Assembly: GCA_016209895.1 (NCBI GenBank)
Contig: JACQVH010000053.1
Location: 1 to 62,367, forward strand
Source: Candidatus Hydrogenedentota bacterium
GTDB lineage: Bacteria; Hydrogenedentota; Hydrogenedentia; Hydrogenedentales; SLHB01
DNA length: 62,367 nt
Direction: 5' to 3'
In this document: piece by piece, positions 28,188 to 36,722 of the stretch
Layout: the number at the start of each line of letters is the position of its first letter
Numbering within the stretch: the stretch's first letter is position 1
Made by a program: the position numbers and the translations under genes
Notes under the pieces: model-generated
Seen by the model: the letters and a program-made list of their open reading frames with translations, nothing else
Database searches by the model: none
What the model was told of the DNA's origin: nothing

Positions 28188-28615
28188 CGGTTGATCACTC
28201 GAACCCGATCTATTGTCTCGACGCGGATGCATTGATCAACATTCAGATGTACTATCCGGAGGCGCTCAAACAACTCAATCGTTATGCCAAAGATGGCAAG
28301 GTCGTAATACCGGAGGGTGTCTACCGGGAGATTTGCCGAAAGAGCGATCGACTAAACACCATGGTGCAGGCTTGGCATGAAAAACATAGCGCGGTCATTC
28401 GGCTTGACACGCCAACGCTTCGTGTGGAATTGGCCCGTATGGAGGGGTCTTACGGCGAGAAAATCAACTTGGGCAAACAGCGGAGGAAGGGTTTTTGGTC
28501 GAGCAGAAGCGGTAAACTTTCAGCGGATTCCCAAGTCGTGGCGGTGTGCAAGATAAACAAGTACATTGCCGTAAGCAACGTCTCAAAGGCCAAGCGTTGC
28601 TCTTCGAGTAGCTGA
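28184..28615 (+). CDS. DUF4411-family PIN-like protein, possibly C-terminally truncated
   Basis: YCLDADALI..YP, IPEGVYREI, SADSQVVA; overlaps the ImmA stop; the C-terminus drifts into a non-conserved tail after IAVSN. Confidence 0.7.
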   Translation: MTVDHSNPIYCLDADALINIQMYYPEALKQLNRYAKDGKVVIPEGVYREICRKSDRLNTMVQAWHEKHSAVIRLDTPTLRVELARMEGSYGEKINLGKQRRKGFWSSRSGKLSADSQVVAVCKINKYIAVSNVSKAKRCSSSS

Positions 28616-28719
28616 CTTATGTTTAATCAATTTGCTCGATATGGAGTGTATCCTGGCCACGGTGTAACAAAAGTCCGTCACCGGGCAAATCTCACTGGGT
28701 TCTCTGCTCACGCGGTCGG

Positions 28720-29140
28720 TCAAACGCCTTGCGCGGGGGGGGTCTCGGGTAGCCACAGGGGTCGAAAAGATTTTCCGCGCTTTAGCTTGGTGACGAGGGC
28801 GATTTGGCCGACGTGTTCGGAGAAGTGGCGTTCGGTTTCGTAGATGGCCGTTAGGCGGGTCACGGGGAAGTCCTGTATCACGAGGGGGTCGGTTAGTTTC
28901 GCAGGGTCCATCGCTTCGATTGTCGACAGGGCCGTCTGAACCGTTTCGTTTATGAGTGAAAGAAGTTCCGCCTTGGTCAGGGCCGGTCGGTCGTCAAACT
29001 CGCGGTGTCGGTCGCGGGCATTGGCGTGTCCTCGGGCGACGGAGGTCATCCATTGGCCGATGTTGCCGCAGAGATGGATGATAAGGTTGCCGATGCTGTT
29101 GCAGCCTTCGGCGGGATGCCACCAGTATACCGGAGCGGGG
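28720..29140 (-). pseudogene. 5'-truncated DinB/DUF1572-family gene
   Basis: WWHP.EGCNSIGNLIIHLCGN..QW, RDRHREF, HFSEHVGQI; no start or N-terminal helix, and the upstream sequence is repeats. Confidence 0.75.
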
Positions 29141-29164
29141 ATTCGTTTTGAACTACTGCGTGTG

Positions 29165-30255
29165 TGACGACGAATCACACGAATCGGACGAATCGGGAAC
29201 GCTGGAACGCCGAAAAACAGCGCGTAGTTTTTTGTAGCGCCGCGGTTTTGGAGTGCGGGCGCTTGCTCCCGCTTTACCTGAGCGAGCTTGCTCGCGACCG
29301 GAGTCATTTGGCTATGGGTACGGGGAGCAAGTTCCCCTTGGAAAAGCGGCAGCAAGCTCCCGCAGTCCAAAGAGTGTGCGTCGGATGATTTGGTGTAAAC
29401 CAAGGTGTAAACCGAAACCGGGTAAACCGGGGACCTTACCCTGAATTTCATGCTCATTACTCGGCGGAGCGCACGCTGTCCGACACCCGAACACCGCCCT
29501 CTTACCCCGGTCAATCCGTTCATCCACGCTGAAGCCTGTCCCGCAACCCAAAGAACACAAAGGACCGCTGCTTCGCGGTAACTCACTCTGCACTTGTCCG
29601 CCTTTGGAGGATTCCGCTCTTGTCCGCCTCTGGAGGATTCCCACAGTCCTCTCTACAGTTTCTGACGAAATTGCAGAGAATCTTTTGCCCTTTTCAAGCG
29701 GCCGCCTGTACTGCAATCTATCGAGTTCTTGTTTTTTTGCGAAGATTTCTTGCGCAAGGTACAGCAAACAAACGTGTTATGACTGGCATTTCTTGGTGCC
29801 CTTCGTGCCTTGGTGGTTCATGCTTTATCCGAATCGCGGCCTTGGCCGCGCGAGGTTCGTTAGTGTCATTCGTGTGATTCGTGGTTACACAAATTTGGTT
29901 GCGGCCTTTGACCGCGCTGGGTAATTTTCGTCCTTTTGGCCTTTATAGCACGCCGAGTGCAACGCCCGGGGCTATATATATAGGGAGACTTTTCATCGTG
30001 GACCGTCAAAAAGCATTCCCGAGACCAGCCGACACTCGGACACGGGGCCATCTGCCTCGGTGTCCGTCCGCTCCGATCCGCGTCGCCCTGTCTCCGTCCA
30101 TGTCCGTCCGTGTCCGTCCACGTTCCATTCTTGGGAGAGAATCCTACAAAAATGTATCACGCTTTTGTACCGATTTTGACCGCTTTTGTACAACTTTGTA
30201 CCGATTTTCACGAAAAATGTCCGGTTTTATACCGCTTTTGTACCGCTTTTTCGCC
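29165..30255. repeat. Repeat-dense non-coding stretch: 9-mer arrays, an inverted REP-like pair, 24-mer copies and a 10-11-mer array
   Basis: acgaatcac acgaatcgg acgaatcgg; TGGAGTGCGGGCGCTTGCTCCCGCTTT ... AAAGCGGCAGCAAGCTCCCGCAGTCCAA (about 29249-29371); two cttgtccgcctYtggaggattcc; (cgcttttgtac)-like units at 30171-30250. Confidence 0.75.
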
Positions 30256-30402
30256 GCAATTCCCCGCCCGCGCGCGGCTTTCCCCCTTACGCCCCAAGTA
30301 CTTACGCGCACCGACGCCCTTTCCGGCCTCCGTCAAGACCCCAAAAATGAGAGATGCGGAATGTCATTTCTTTCCCCCGTGAACACCGGGAAGAAACCGC
30401 GA

Positions 30403-33333
30403 TTATTCGAAGACAAGCTTACCGAATTCGCTGGAGTTGGACGCATCGTCCGCGCGATATGCCCACGACGAAGTTTCCTTTTTGACATTGTTGCGATGTC
30501 GAACGATATTCATTTTCCAGCTTTCGCCCTTCCCTGGCGCTCTCCCCAGCGTCTTGAACGGCACCGCCATTTCCACGGCCCAGCCCGTCCCATAATCCTT
30601 GGTGACCGCTTGCCACTCGCCATCCCATTCCGCGTCGTCGGCGCGGCTGTCGAAGCGAGTCCCCAACGGGTTCACCACGAAACGCACGAGACCTTCACCG
30701 GTATCCAAGAGAAACTCGAGCGACTCCTCGGTCCACACCGGCGCATCGCGCTCTGCCAAACCGGCCGCCATCGTCTTCATACGCGGCTCGCGCGCATACG
30801 CGCCCACGTACAGCGCCTCGGCGGTGCAACAGAGGCGCGCGTTCGTCTGCGCTTCCGCGAACGCCGGCCGGCCGTTCAATACGAATCCGTCCACCTGCGC
30901 CTCCACGGGCCACATTCCTTCCCTGAACGATGCGTCCAACACGGGTGCCGTCAAAGTGCGAGGCGCCGCCGCCGCCGCCGGGCCCTTGAGGGCAGAGAGC
31001 CGTGGATTGCGGAGCACCGCCGCTTCAGCCGGCGCCTCGACGGCAATACGGAGGAACCGAGACCGCACCGGCGAGTCCGGTATTACCGGCGCATGGATGC
31101 CACCGCGTTCCCCCGAAGTCCATTCCTGGACCAAGACATACTCCGCGCCCGTGTCGCTCTTCTCCAGCCGCAGCCGGGCAGCGCCGACGGTCTCGAAGTC
31201 CACGCGACACACGGGTCCGGGCGGTGTCAGCAGGTCATACACGGCCTCCGCCCGCCGCTCCGTGTCATGGAATTCAGGATTTGCGATCACTTCCAGCACC
31301 GCGTGCCCGGACGGAACGCGCAGGACGCGGTAGGGCAACACGTACTCGCCGAAAAGTATCGTCGAGGGGACGAACAGCCCTTTACTTTGGATGGTTTCCA
31401 CAATCTTTTGGATGCGCTCTTCGGTAAGATTCGGATCAAGTTTGGCCTGCGCCTCAACCACGCGTGGCAGTCGGCGTAATAGCGATTCACTCGGCTTGTG
31501 GCGGTAGGCCGCCTCGATCTCGAGATACTCAATGACATTGGCATCGAGTCGCTCGACTTCGCCGGTTTCCAATTCGCCCTCCGGAAGCCGGGCCCGCACG
31601 GTTTCCAGGGCCGTTCGAAATGTCTTCAATTCGTCGGCAGGCGGTATTCCGGCCAGCGTCTGGCGGTTAGTGTGGGCGATTACCGAGGCGCGCAGTTCCT
31701 CGAAGGACGGGCGGTACAAGGACGCGTGGAAGTAATCGTTGAGTCCTTCCGGCCATGCCAACTTGATCATGCGGGTGGACCAGGCCTTCTCCAGCGCGTC
31801 GGACGCCGACTCGATAGAGTCACCGGTACCAGTGCACGTTACGAGCAAACCCGAGTCGGACTTTTCGCTATCGGTAGTCAATTCCTCGCACCAGCGATAG
31901 GTATGCAACGCATTGTCATCGGATACTCCGATAAACTGAAAAGGTAGGCCGCGCGCCCAAGCGAGACTTCCGCTCAGCCCACTCGCCAAGCGGTCTCCAT
32001 TGTCCGGGAGGCTCAAGGTAAGCGCGAGCCGGGTCGAGAGGTCCGCCGCGACGCCGCTCAGATTCAGCCGGCCGCCGTCCATCTCCGGATGCAGAACGTT
32101 TGCCGAAAGCATCAATCGAAGTTCCGGGTTCGCGGCCTTCGCCGCTTTCTCCAAGGCATCCATTGCCTGCGCGAAGACTTCGGCGTTCGCCTTGTCCGCG
32201 CGGAGACAGCGCAAATCGGTATTCAGACGTTCAAGTCGAGCTCCGCCGATGTGTACCCACCGCGGGTCGAGCCAATCCACCACTTGCTTCAGTGCGTGCT
32301 GCCATGCAGCTTTCGTTTCGGGCGCAGTGAGACAGCAGGTTTGGGTTCCGGGCGGCACATAGGAATACGCCACCTCGACGGTCGCCCCATCGGGGATGGC
32401 GCCGCCCTCGACCCGCCGAATCAGGCCGACGCCGCGAGTGGAATCGTAGGGCACTTGGGCGGGGCTGATGTCGAGCGCAAAATCCACGTCCGGAGCAAAG
32501 ACGTGTTCGCCCAACGTGACGAGGACCGGCGACCCTTTGCCGTAAAGCACATTGTGGCGCGGAAACAGCGCCCAGTTATCGCCGGAAAGCTGGACCCGGT
32601 CTATCGCCACGCGCGCCTCCGCCAACTCCGGGCGCTCGCGCAACAACGGCTCACTACCGCCGAGAAGCCCTATCTCGGGCACGGGCTCAATATGATACCG
32701 GCGGGCATCAGCAAATGCGGTCCGCCATTTCTGTTCGGCCTCGGGCGTGGGCTGAAGAAAATCCGGACTTTGGAAGAGGACCATATTGCACCGGAGCTCG
32801 GCCAACTTGCGGAGTTCGCGCTGACCCAGTGGTGTATCGGTGACCACGCCGCGAATCGCAAGGTCCGGTTCGTCCCGAATTCGCGCCTCCGGCAAGGTCA
32901 ACGAAGTCTTGGCCAGTCGGAGAAACGAACGCAGGCCGTAGTACGTTCCGGCCGCGTCTGTACCCGCGATCAGCACGTACCTCCGGCTGATCAGTAGACG
33001 ATACCCCTGGGGTCCAGGTTCCGACAGGTCGGCCAGAACGCGCTTGAGGGCGCGCGTCCGAAAAGAAGCGTGACGCACCACGTCCCCCACGTAGACGGCA
33101 GGCACGTCACGTGAGTACTTTGAGGCCGGGACGACCTTCGGCGCGATGCCTAATTCTTGGAAAGATTCAACGATGACCTCGAGGTCATCAGCGGCGGCGT
33201 TGTCAGACACCACCACCGGGGTGCCGGACTGCAGCTCGAACGCGGCCTCATCGCCGACTTCCACCAACTTGGGCGGCGGCGATAAATCCAGCGCAACGGC
33301 GGCCGCGATCATGAAGCCCGGCAAAAGGAACAC
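30403..33333 (-). CDS. GH20-like multidomain protein (GH20 domain 2, degenerate TIM barrel, C-terminal CBM9-like domain)
   Basis: QGYRL.I....V.IAGTD..G.YYG..SF, I.DEP....RG; HIGGAR in place of HxGGDE; C-terminal LYVG, ESLEFLLD, NPLG..FD, W.VEMA.PF, W.MN..R motifs. Confidence 0.75.
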   Translation of the reverse strand: MFLLPGFMIAAAVALDLSPPPKLVEVGDEAAFELQSGTPVVVSDNAAADDLEVIVESFQELGIAPKVVPASKYSRDVPAVYVGDVVRHASFRTRALKRVLADLSEPGPQGYRLLISRRYVLIAGTDAAGTYYGLRSFLRLAKTSLTLPEARIRDEPDLAIRGVVTDTPLGQRELRKLAELRCNMVLFQSPDFLQPTPEAEQKWRTAFADARRYHIEPVPEIGLLGGSEPLLRERPELAEARVAIDRVQLSGDNWALFPRHNVLYGKGSPVLVTLGEHVFAPDVDFALDISPAQVPYDSTRGVGLIRRVEGGAIPDGATVEVAYSYVPPGTQTCCLTAPETKAAWQHALKQVVDWLDPRWVHIGGARLERLNTDLRCLRADKANAEVFAQAMDALEKAAKAANPELRLMLSANVLHPEMDGGRLNLSGVAADLSTRLALTLSLPDNGDRLASGLSGSLAWARGLPFQFIGVSDDNALHTYRWCEELTTDSEKSDSGLLVTCTGTGDSIESASDALEKAWSTRMIKLAWPEGLNDYFHASLYRPSFEELRASVIAHTNRQTLAGIPPADELKTFRTALETVRARLPEGELETGEVERLDANVIEYLEIEAAYRHKPSESLLRRLPRVVEAQAKLDPNLTEERIQKIVETIQSKGLFVPSTILFGEYVLPYRVLRVPSGHAVLEVIANPEFHDTERRAEAVYDLLTPPGPVCRVDFETVGAARLRLEKSDTGAEYVLVQEWTSGERGGIHAPVIPDSPVRSRFLRIAVEAPAEAAVLRNPRLSALKGPAAAAAPRTLTAPVLDASFREGMWPVEAQVDGFVLNGRPAFAEAQTNARLCCTAEALYVGAYAREPRMKTMAAGLAERDAPVWTEESLEFLLDTGEGLVRFVVNPLGTRFDSRADDAEWDGEWQAVTKDYGTGWAVEMAVPFKTLGRAPGKGESWKMNIVRHRNNVKKETSSWAYRADDASNSSEFGKLVFE

Positions 33334-33348
33334 GCAGAATTCTCCCTA

Positions 33349-33389
33349 GAAAGAAAAGGGATCACGACTCATGCCTTCATCGTGATCCC
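33349..33389 (-). terminator. Rho-independent terminator after the lipoprotein gene, just upstream of the GH20-like start
   Basis: 10-bp stem GGGATCACGA/TCGTGATCCC (33358-33389) followed on the minus strand by TTTTCTTTC. Confidence 0.65.
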
Positions 33390-33428
33390 GCATTGTCTCT
33401 TGAGGCAAGGCTAGCTTGCCCGAAAATC

Positions 33429-33878
33429 CTAGCGCTCGCTGGCTTCCATTCCGCTGATGAGCCAAGCTTCGCCCTCTTTCTTCAACGTCATATAGAGCGA
33501 CGCCGCGCCAAACGCGGCGTCAATGTCCACGGGCGCAACCGTCGCCTGCCCGCCGTCAATCACAGTCTTCGCGTTGGCCATATTGATCTTCGCGTCGTTC
33601 AACTGCCCTTCATTAATGAGGCCGGTTAAGAATCGCTGCATGTCGGCCTTGGTACCCGCTTCGGAGCCGACGAAGCTCTCCGAGATGGTCCCCATCACCT
33701 GGTTCACGTCCTTGGCGACGACGCCCGCTTCCCATTGCGAGAGCGTGTTCTTGATCAGCGCCATGTCGTCGGGGCCTTTGGCCTTCTTAGCGCTCTTGCC
33801 GCCGGTGCTGGCGCAGCCCACGGCCACCACCGCCACGAGAATTCCGATACCGAGTTTCGAGAAAAATGACGTACGCAC
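33429..33878 (-). CDS. Lipoprotein with an NTF2-like/SnoaL fold (149 aa)
   Basis: GTG 33878 with an AAAGGG SD; lipobox VAVG|C; ends LKKEGEAWLISG. Confidence 0.75.
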   Translation of the reverse strand: MRTSFFSKLGIGILVAVVAVGCASTGGKSAKKAKGPDDMALIKNTLSQWEAGVVAKDVNQVMGTISESFVGSEAGTKADMQRFLTGLINEGQLNDAKINMANAKTVIDGGQATVAPVDIDAAFGAASLYMTLKKEGEAWLISGMEASER

Positions 33879-34069
33879 AGTTCTACCCTTTCCTAATTGT
33901 CTTACCACTTCATGCCCAAGAAAGACGCCTCCGCGAGACGAAACGCCCCTAGCATAAACACACCAGGCGGAACGGGTCAAGTGGGGTGTACTCGCTCCAC
34001 TGGAGAGACCAACAGTTGAAAAGCGTCAAGCCGGTTAGGACGGTGGCCAAACGAAGTTTGAGGATCTTA

Positions 34070-35215
34070 TCAGTCTTTGAACGCCTCCACAATTGAACGA
34101 AGCCAAGGTCGCGTCCAGCTCCCATCGTTAGCGCGTTCTTCCATGAATATTTCCAACTCATCGAGCTTCTTCCAGTTGTTGTCCGCCTCTTTAAGTAGTG
34201 CTTTTGCATTGAAATCGGTGGCGTTACATCGGTTTTCAAAATGGGCGAACCAGTACAGATACTGCCTCCAGCTCAGCCCGAGCCATGCGACACCGGGTCG
34301 CTTGTTGATTTGCTCAAGTATTTCCAGTGCGTAAGGATTCCCTAAGCTCGAAGAGGACAACAAGCCCGCCTCTTTCACGCGCATCAAGTCGGACTCTCTC
34401 AGGTAGGCCATCAGGGATTCCTCGAACCAGTAAGGTAATTGACCACCTCCACCTTCTTCGGGTGGTCCGAATCTCGAGGGTGTAAACCTACGGAGATTGT
34501 AGAACTTTCCGCTTGCACAGTCCCTTGCGCCGGCCACTTTCCAAAGGACAACGTCTGAAGCGACGAAAGCCACAAGAGTCCGAATACCTGAACCCTCGAG
34601 GAATCGGATAAGGCGCATCGCGCCCTTCAAATCTTCTGTCTCGTTCAATTCGCGGCGTGGCTCAAGATCCGAAAGCAACGCGAGGAAAACTCTCTGGCAC
34701 TCGCTCCCTGAGACAATTGACGCAATCTCGCCCACTTTGGAATCATTGGAAAGGTCCTCCAAACGCACGAGAACAGTTTGTAGGACCGCGATACCTGTCT
34801 GCTTAATCCTGCTTTGGAGATCGTCCGCTACCTCGCGATTCAAGCAGTAGTAAGATTCCGCGTATACTCGCGGCACTACCGCCGGGGAGCACACGGAGTG
34901 TGGGCGGAATCCCGCGACAGTTGTGATAAGACTTTTGTTGATGTCTTGCCACCAAGCTAAAGCCCTCAGGTCCCCGGTGTCGACATCGTCAGGAAAATAG
35001 TCCCAGCGCACGAGTGTTTCTCTTGCTGAGTTTGGGTAATACAACTGTGGGTCAAAAATCATCTCGAAATTTTCCGACCCGTGCTCCTCCACAATCCCTG
35101 CCGCTTGATCTACCTCGTAATTTACCGGGCTGAGAATAGCTCCCCTATAAGCCGACAATCGATCTTCGGACAGCAAGTTTTGTGAGTCGTGGCCCATCTG
35201 ATGATAGGCAGCCAT
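34070..35215 (-). CDS. Uncharacterised 381-aa protein, putative TIM barrel (T4 beta-protein/sce7725-like by inference)
   Basis: YHQMGH, GAILSP, IFDPQLYYP, ASG.F.NLRRF, GGGG..PY patterns; start coupled to the kinase stop (TAATG). Confidence 0.55.
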   Translation of the reverse strand: MAAYHQMGHDSQNLLSEDRLSAYRGAILSPVNYEVDQAAGIVEEHGSENFEMIFDPQLYYPNSARETLVRWDYFPDDVDTGDLRALAWWQDINKSLITTVAGFRPHSVCSPAVVPRVYAESYYCLNREVADDLQSRIKQTGIAVLQTVLVRLEDLSNDSKVGEIASIVSGSECQRVFLALLSDLEPRRELNETEDLKGAMRLIRFLEGSGIRTLVAFVASDVVLWKVAGARDCASGKFYNLRRFTPSRFGPPEEGGGGQLPYWFEESLMAYLRESDLMRVKEAGLLSSSSLGNPYALEILEQINKRPGVAWLGLSWRQYLYWFAHFENRCNATDFNAKALLKEADNNWKKLDELEIFMEERANDGSWTRPWLRSIVEAFKD

Positions 35216-36075
35216 TACGTGATTCTCTGTTTGGCCCAGGCTTCGTTAAGCTCCCCGGGCAAGCGAAATCTTTCGACTGGCCAAGGCCGGGTCATACGTT
35301 CCAGACAAGGGAGTCCACGGGCGGTGAACTTCGCGAGTATTTCCGCGTTCTGCTTTCCATATGTGGCAACGCGGTGGACCGTCTGGCCGTGAGTTTCTTC
35401 GGCACGAGAATACGGGTGTACACCAAACATTACCTCGCACAGAACAACGCCGAGGGCAAACTGGTCAGTTCGCCAATCAATAAGATGTTTCTTATTCGTC
35501 AGCTGTTCCGGAGCCGCATAGAGTGGCGTCCCAGGACCACGCGATTGCCAAGTTGTAGTAAGTGAAGAAGCTCCGAGGTCGCGAACTAGGCCGAAGTCAA
35601 CCAAAACAGGTGTTTCCCCATCTTGACGAAGCATTATGTTGTCGGGCTTTATGTCTCGATGCACAAGGCGGAGACTCGCTACGTGCAAGACGGCGGAAAT
35701 TAGGTGCGTACCTAGTGCCAGAATCTCGTTTCCACTCAGGCACCCACGCTCTGTAAGCCGAGATGTTAGTGATCCACCCGGAAGGTATTCTTCGACCGTT
35801 TAGTCGTATCGAACACCGTCGAGCTCATGCGTGCTGGCATCGAAAAGCCGGCCAATGTTCGGGTGATTACACCTTTGCAGTGCTTGGATTTCGCGATTTG
35901 TGCGGGGCTCGGACGCCGGCCCTTTGATGACCTTTAGCGCACGAAACTGACCCCCGCCCATTTGCACCTTGAACACGTTCTTGAAAGCGCCTCCACCAAC
36001 GTACTCAATGAACTGTAACTGTCCCGCCGCACAGATCGACTTCGCGGCTTTTTCCAGGTCGGTGTCTACCGGCAA
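35215..36075 (-). pseudogene. Hanks-type Ser/Thr protein kinase interrupted by one in-frame TAA (35800-35802)
   Basis: GGGAFKNVF, ALKVI, REIQAL..CNHPNI, then RYD*TVEEYLPGGSL in the same frame, HRDIKPDN, DFG, GT.LY.APEQ, DQFALG. Confidence 0.88.
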
Positions 36076-36533
36076 GCGCGGTCTCCCTTTCGCGCCTCAG
36101 TAACTGCCAGCTCAGATAGCCATGATTGAACCGGGTTCTGTTTTTTCGAGGGTAGAGCGATTACAATTTCGCCGTTTTCGATGTAGCACATTCCGACCTT
36201 GCGCCGTCCGAAATCATGGTGGAAACGCTGGGCACGCTGGGCGATAGACTTAGGGAGAACGACATAGGAATCATGGGCAAAACACGTGTTTCTGTACGCC
36301 TGCTCCAAGGCTCTTGGCCAATCTGTAAGTTTTGCTTCGAATGCCAGAATGCGACCATCGGGGTCCACGGCAATGACGTCAGTGCGACCCCGAAGATAGC
36401 TGAATTCTCTCACGTGACAAACCTTGCCCCATGGACAGGCTACTGATTCAAGAGCGTTGCAGAAATCAATGACGAGTTGGCTTTCGGATCTGTATATTGG
36501 TTTTACCGTTTCTGTCCCACGATTCTGCGGCAT
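36066..36533 (-). CDS. PD-(D/E)XK nuclease-fold protein (MmcB/sce7726-like)
   Basis: ESQL, REFSYLRGRTDVIAV, AFEAKL.DW..ALEQAY, SYVVLP; stop overlaps the kinase TTG start. Confidence 0.8.
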   Translation of the reverse strand: MPQNRGTETVKPIYRSESQLVIDFCNALESVACPWGKVCHVREFSYLRGRTDVIAVDPDGRILAFEAKLTDWPRALEQAYRNTCFAHDSYVVLPKSIAQRAQRFHHDFGRRKVGMCYIENGEIVIALPSKKQNPVQSWLSELAVTEARKGDRACR

Positions 36534-36570
36534 CTGTTCACCCCGGAGCGCATTTCCTATCTGCGATTAG

Positions 36571-36599
36571 CTTATACACCACAAGAGAATCTAGGTCAA
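36571..36599 (-). promoter_or_regulatory. sigma70-type promoter of the nuclease-kinase-TIM-barrel operon
   Basis: Minus strand TTGACC (36599-36594), 17-bp spacer, TATAAG (36576-36571). Confidence 0.65.
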
Positions 36600-36722
36600 G
36601 AGCCATGAGATCGATTCAGCACCATGTAGCCTCCCCTTGTCGCGCGACCTTGTAGTGAGGGCGAATGCTCGGCTAAGCTAACTAACGTTGGAGATTCTTC
36701 GCAACACTGGAACGAATGTATC

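Noticed and set aside
33940-34070. att-site duplication of the tRNA-Ser 3' end
   Set aside because: Only a weak GGCGGA match (about 33966); too short to support.
35800-35802. Programmed Sec/Pyl readthrough in the kinase
   Set aside because: The codon is TAA, not TGA or TAG, and the position is not a catalytic Cys/Lys.
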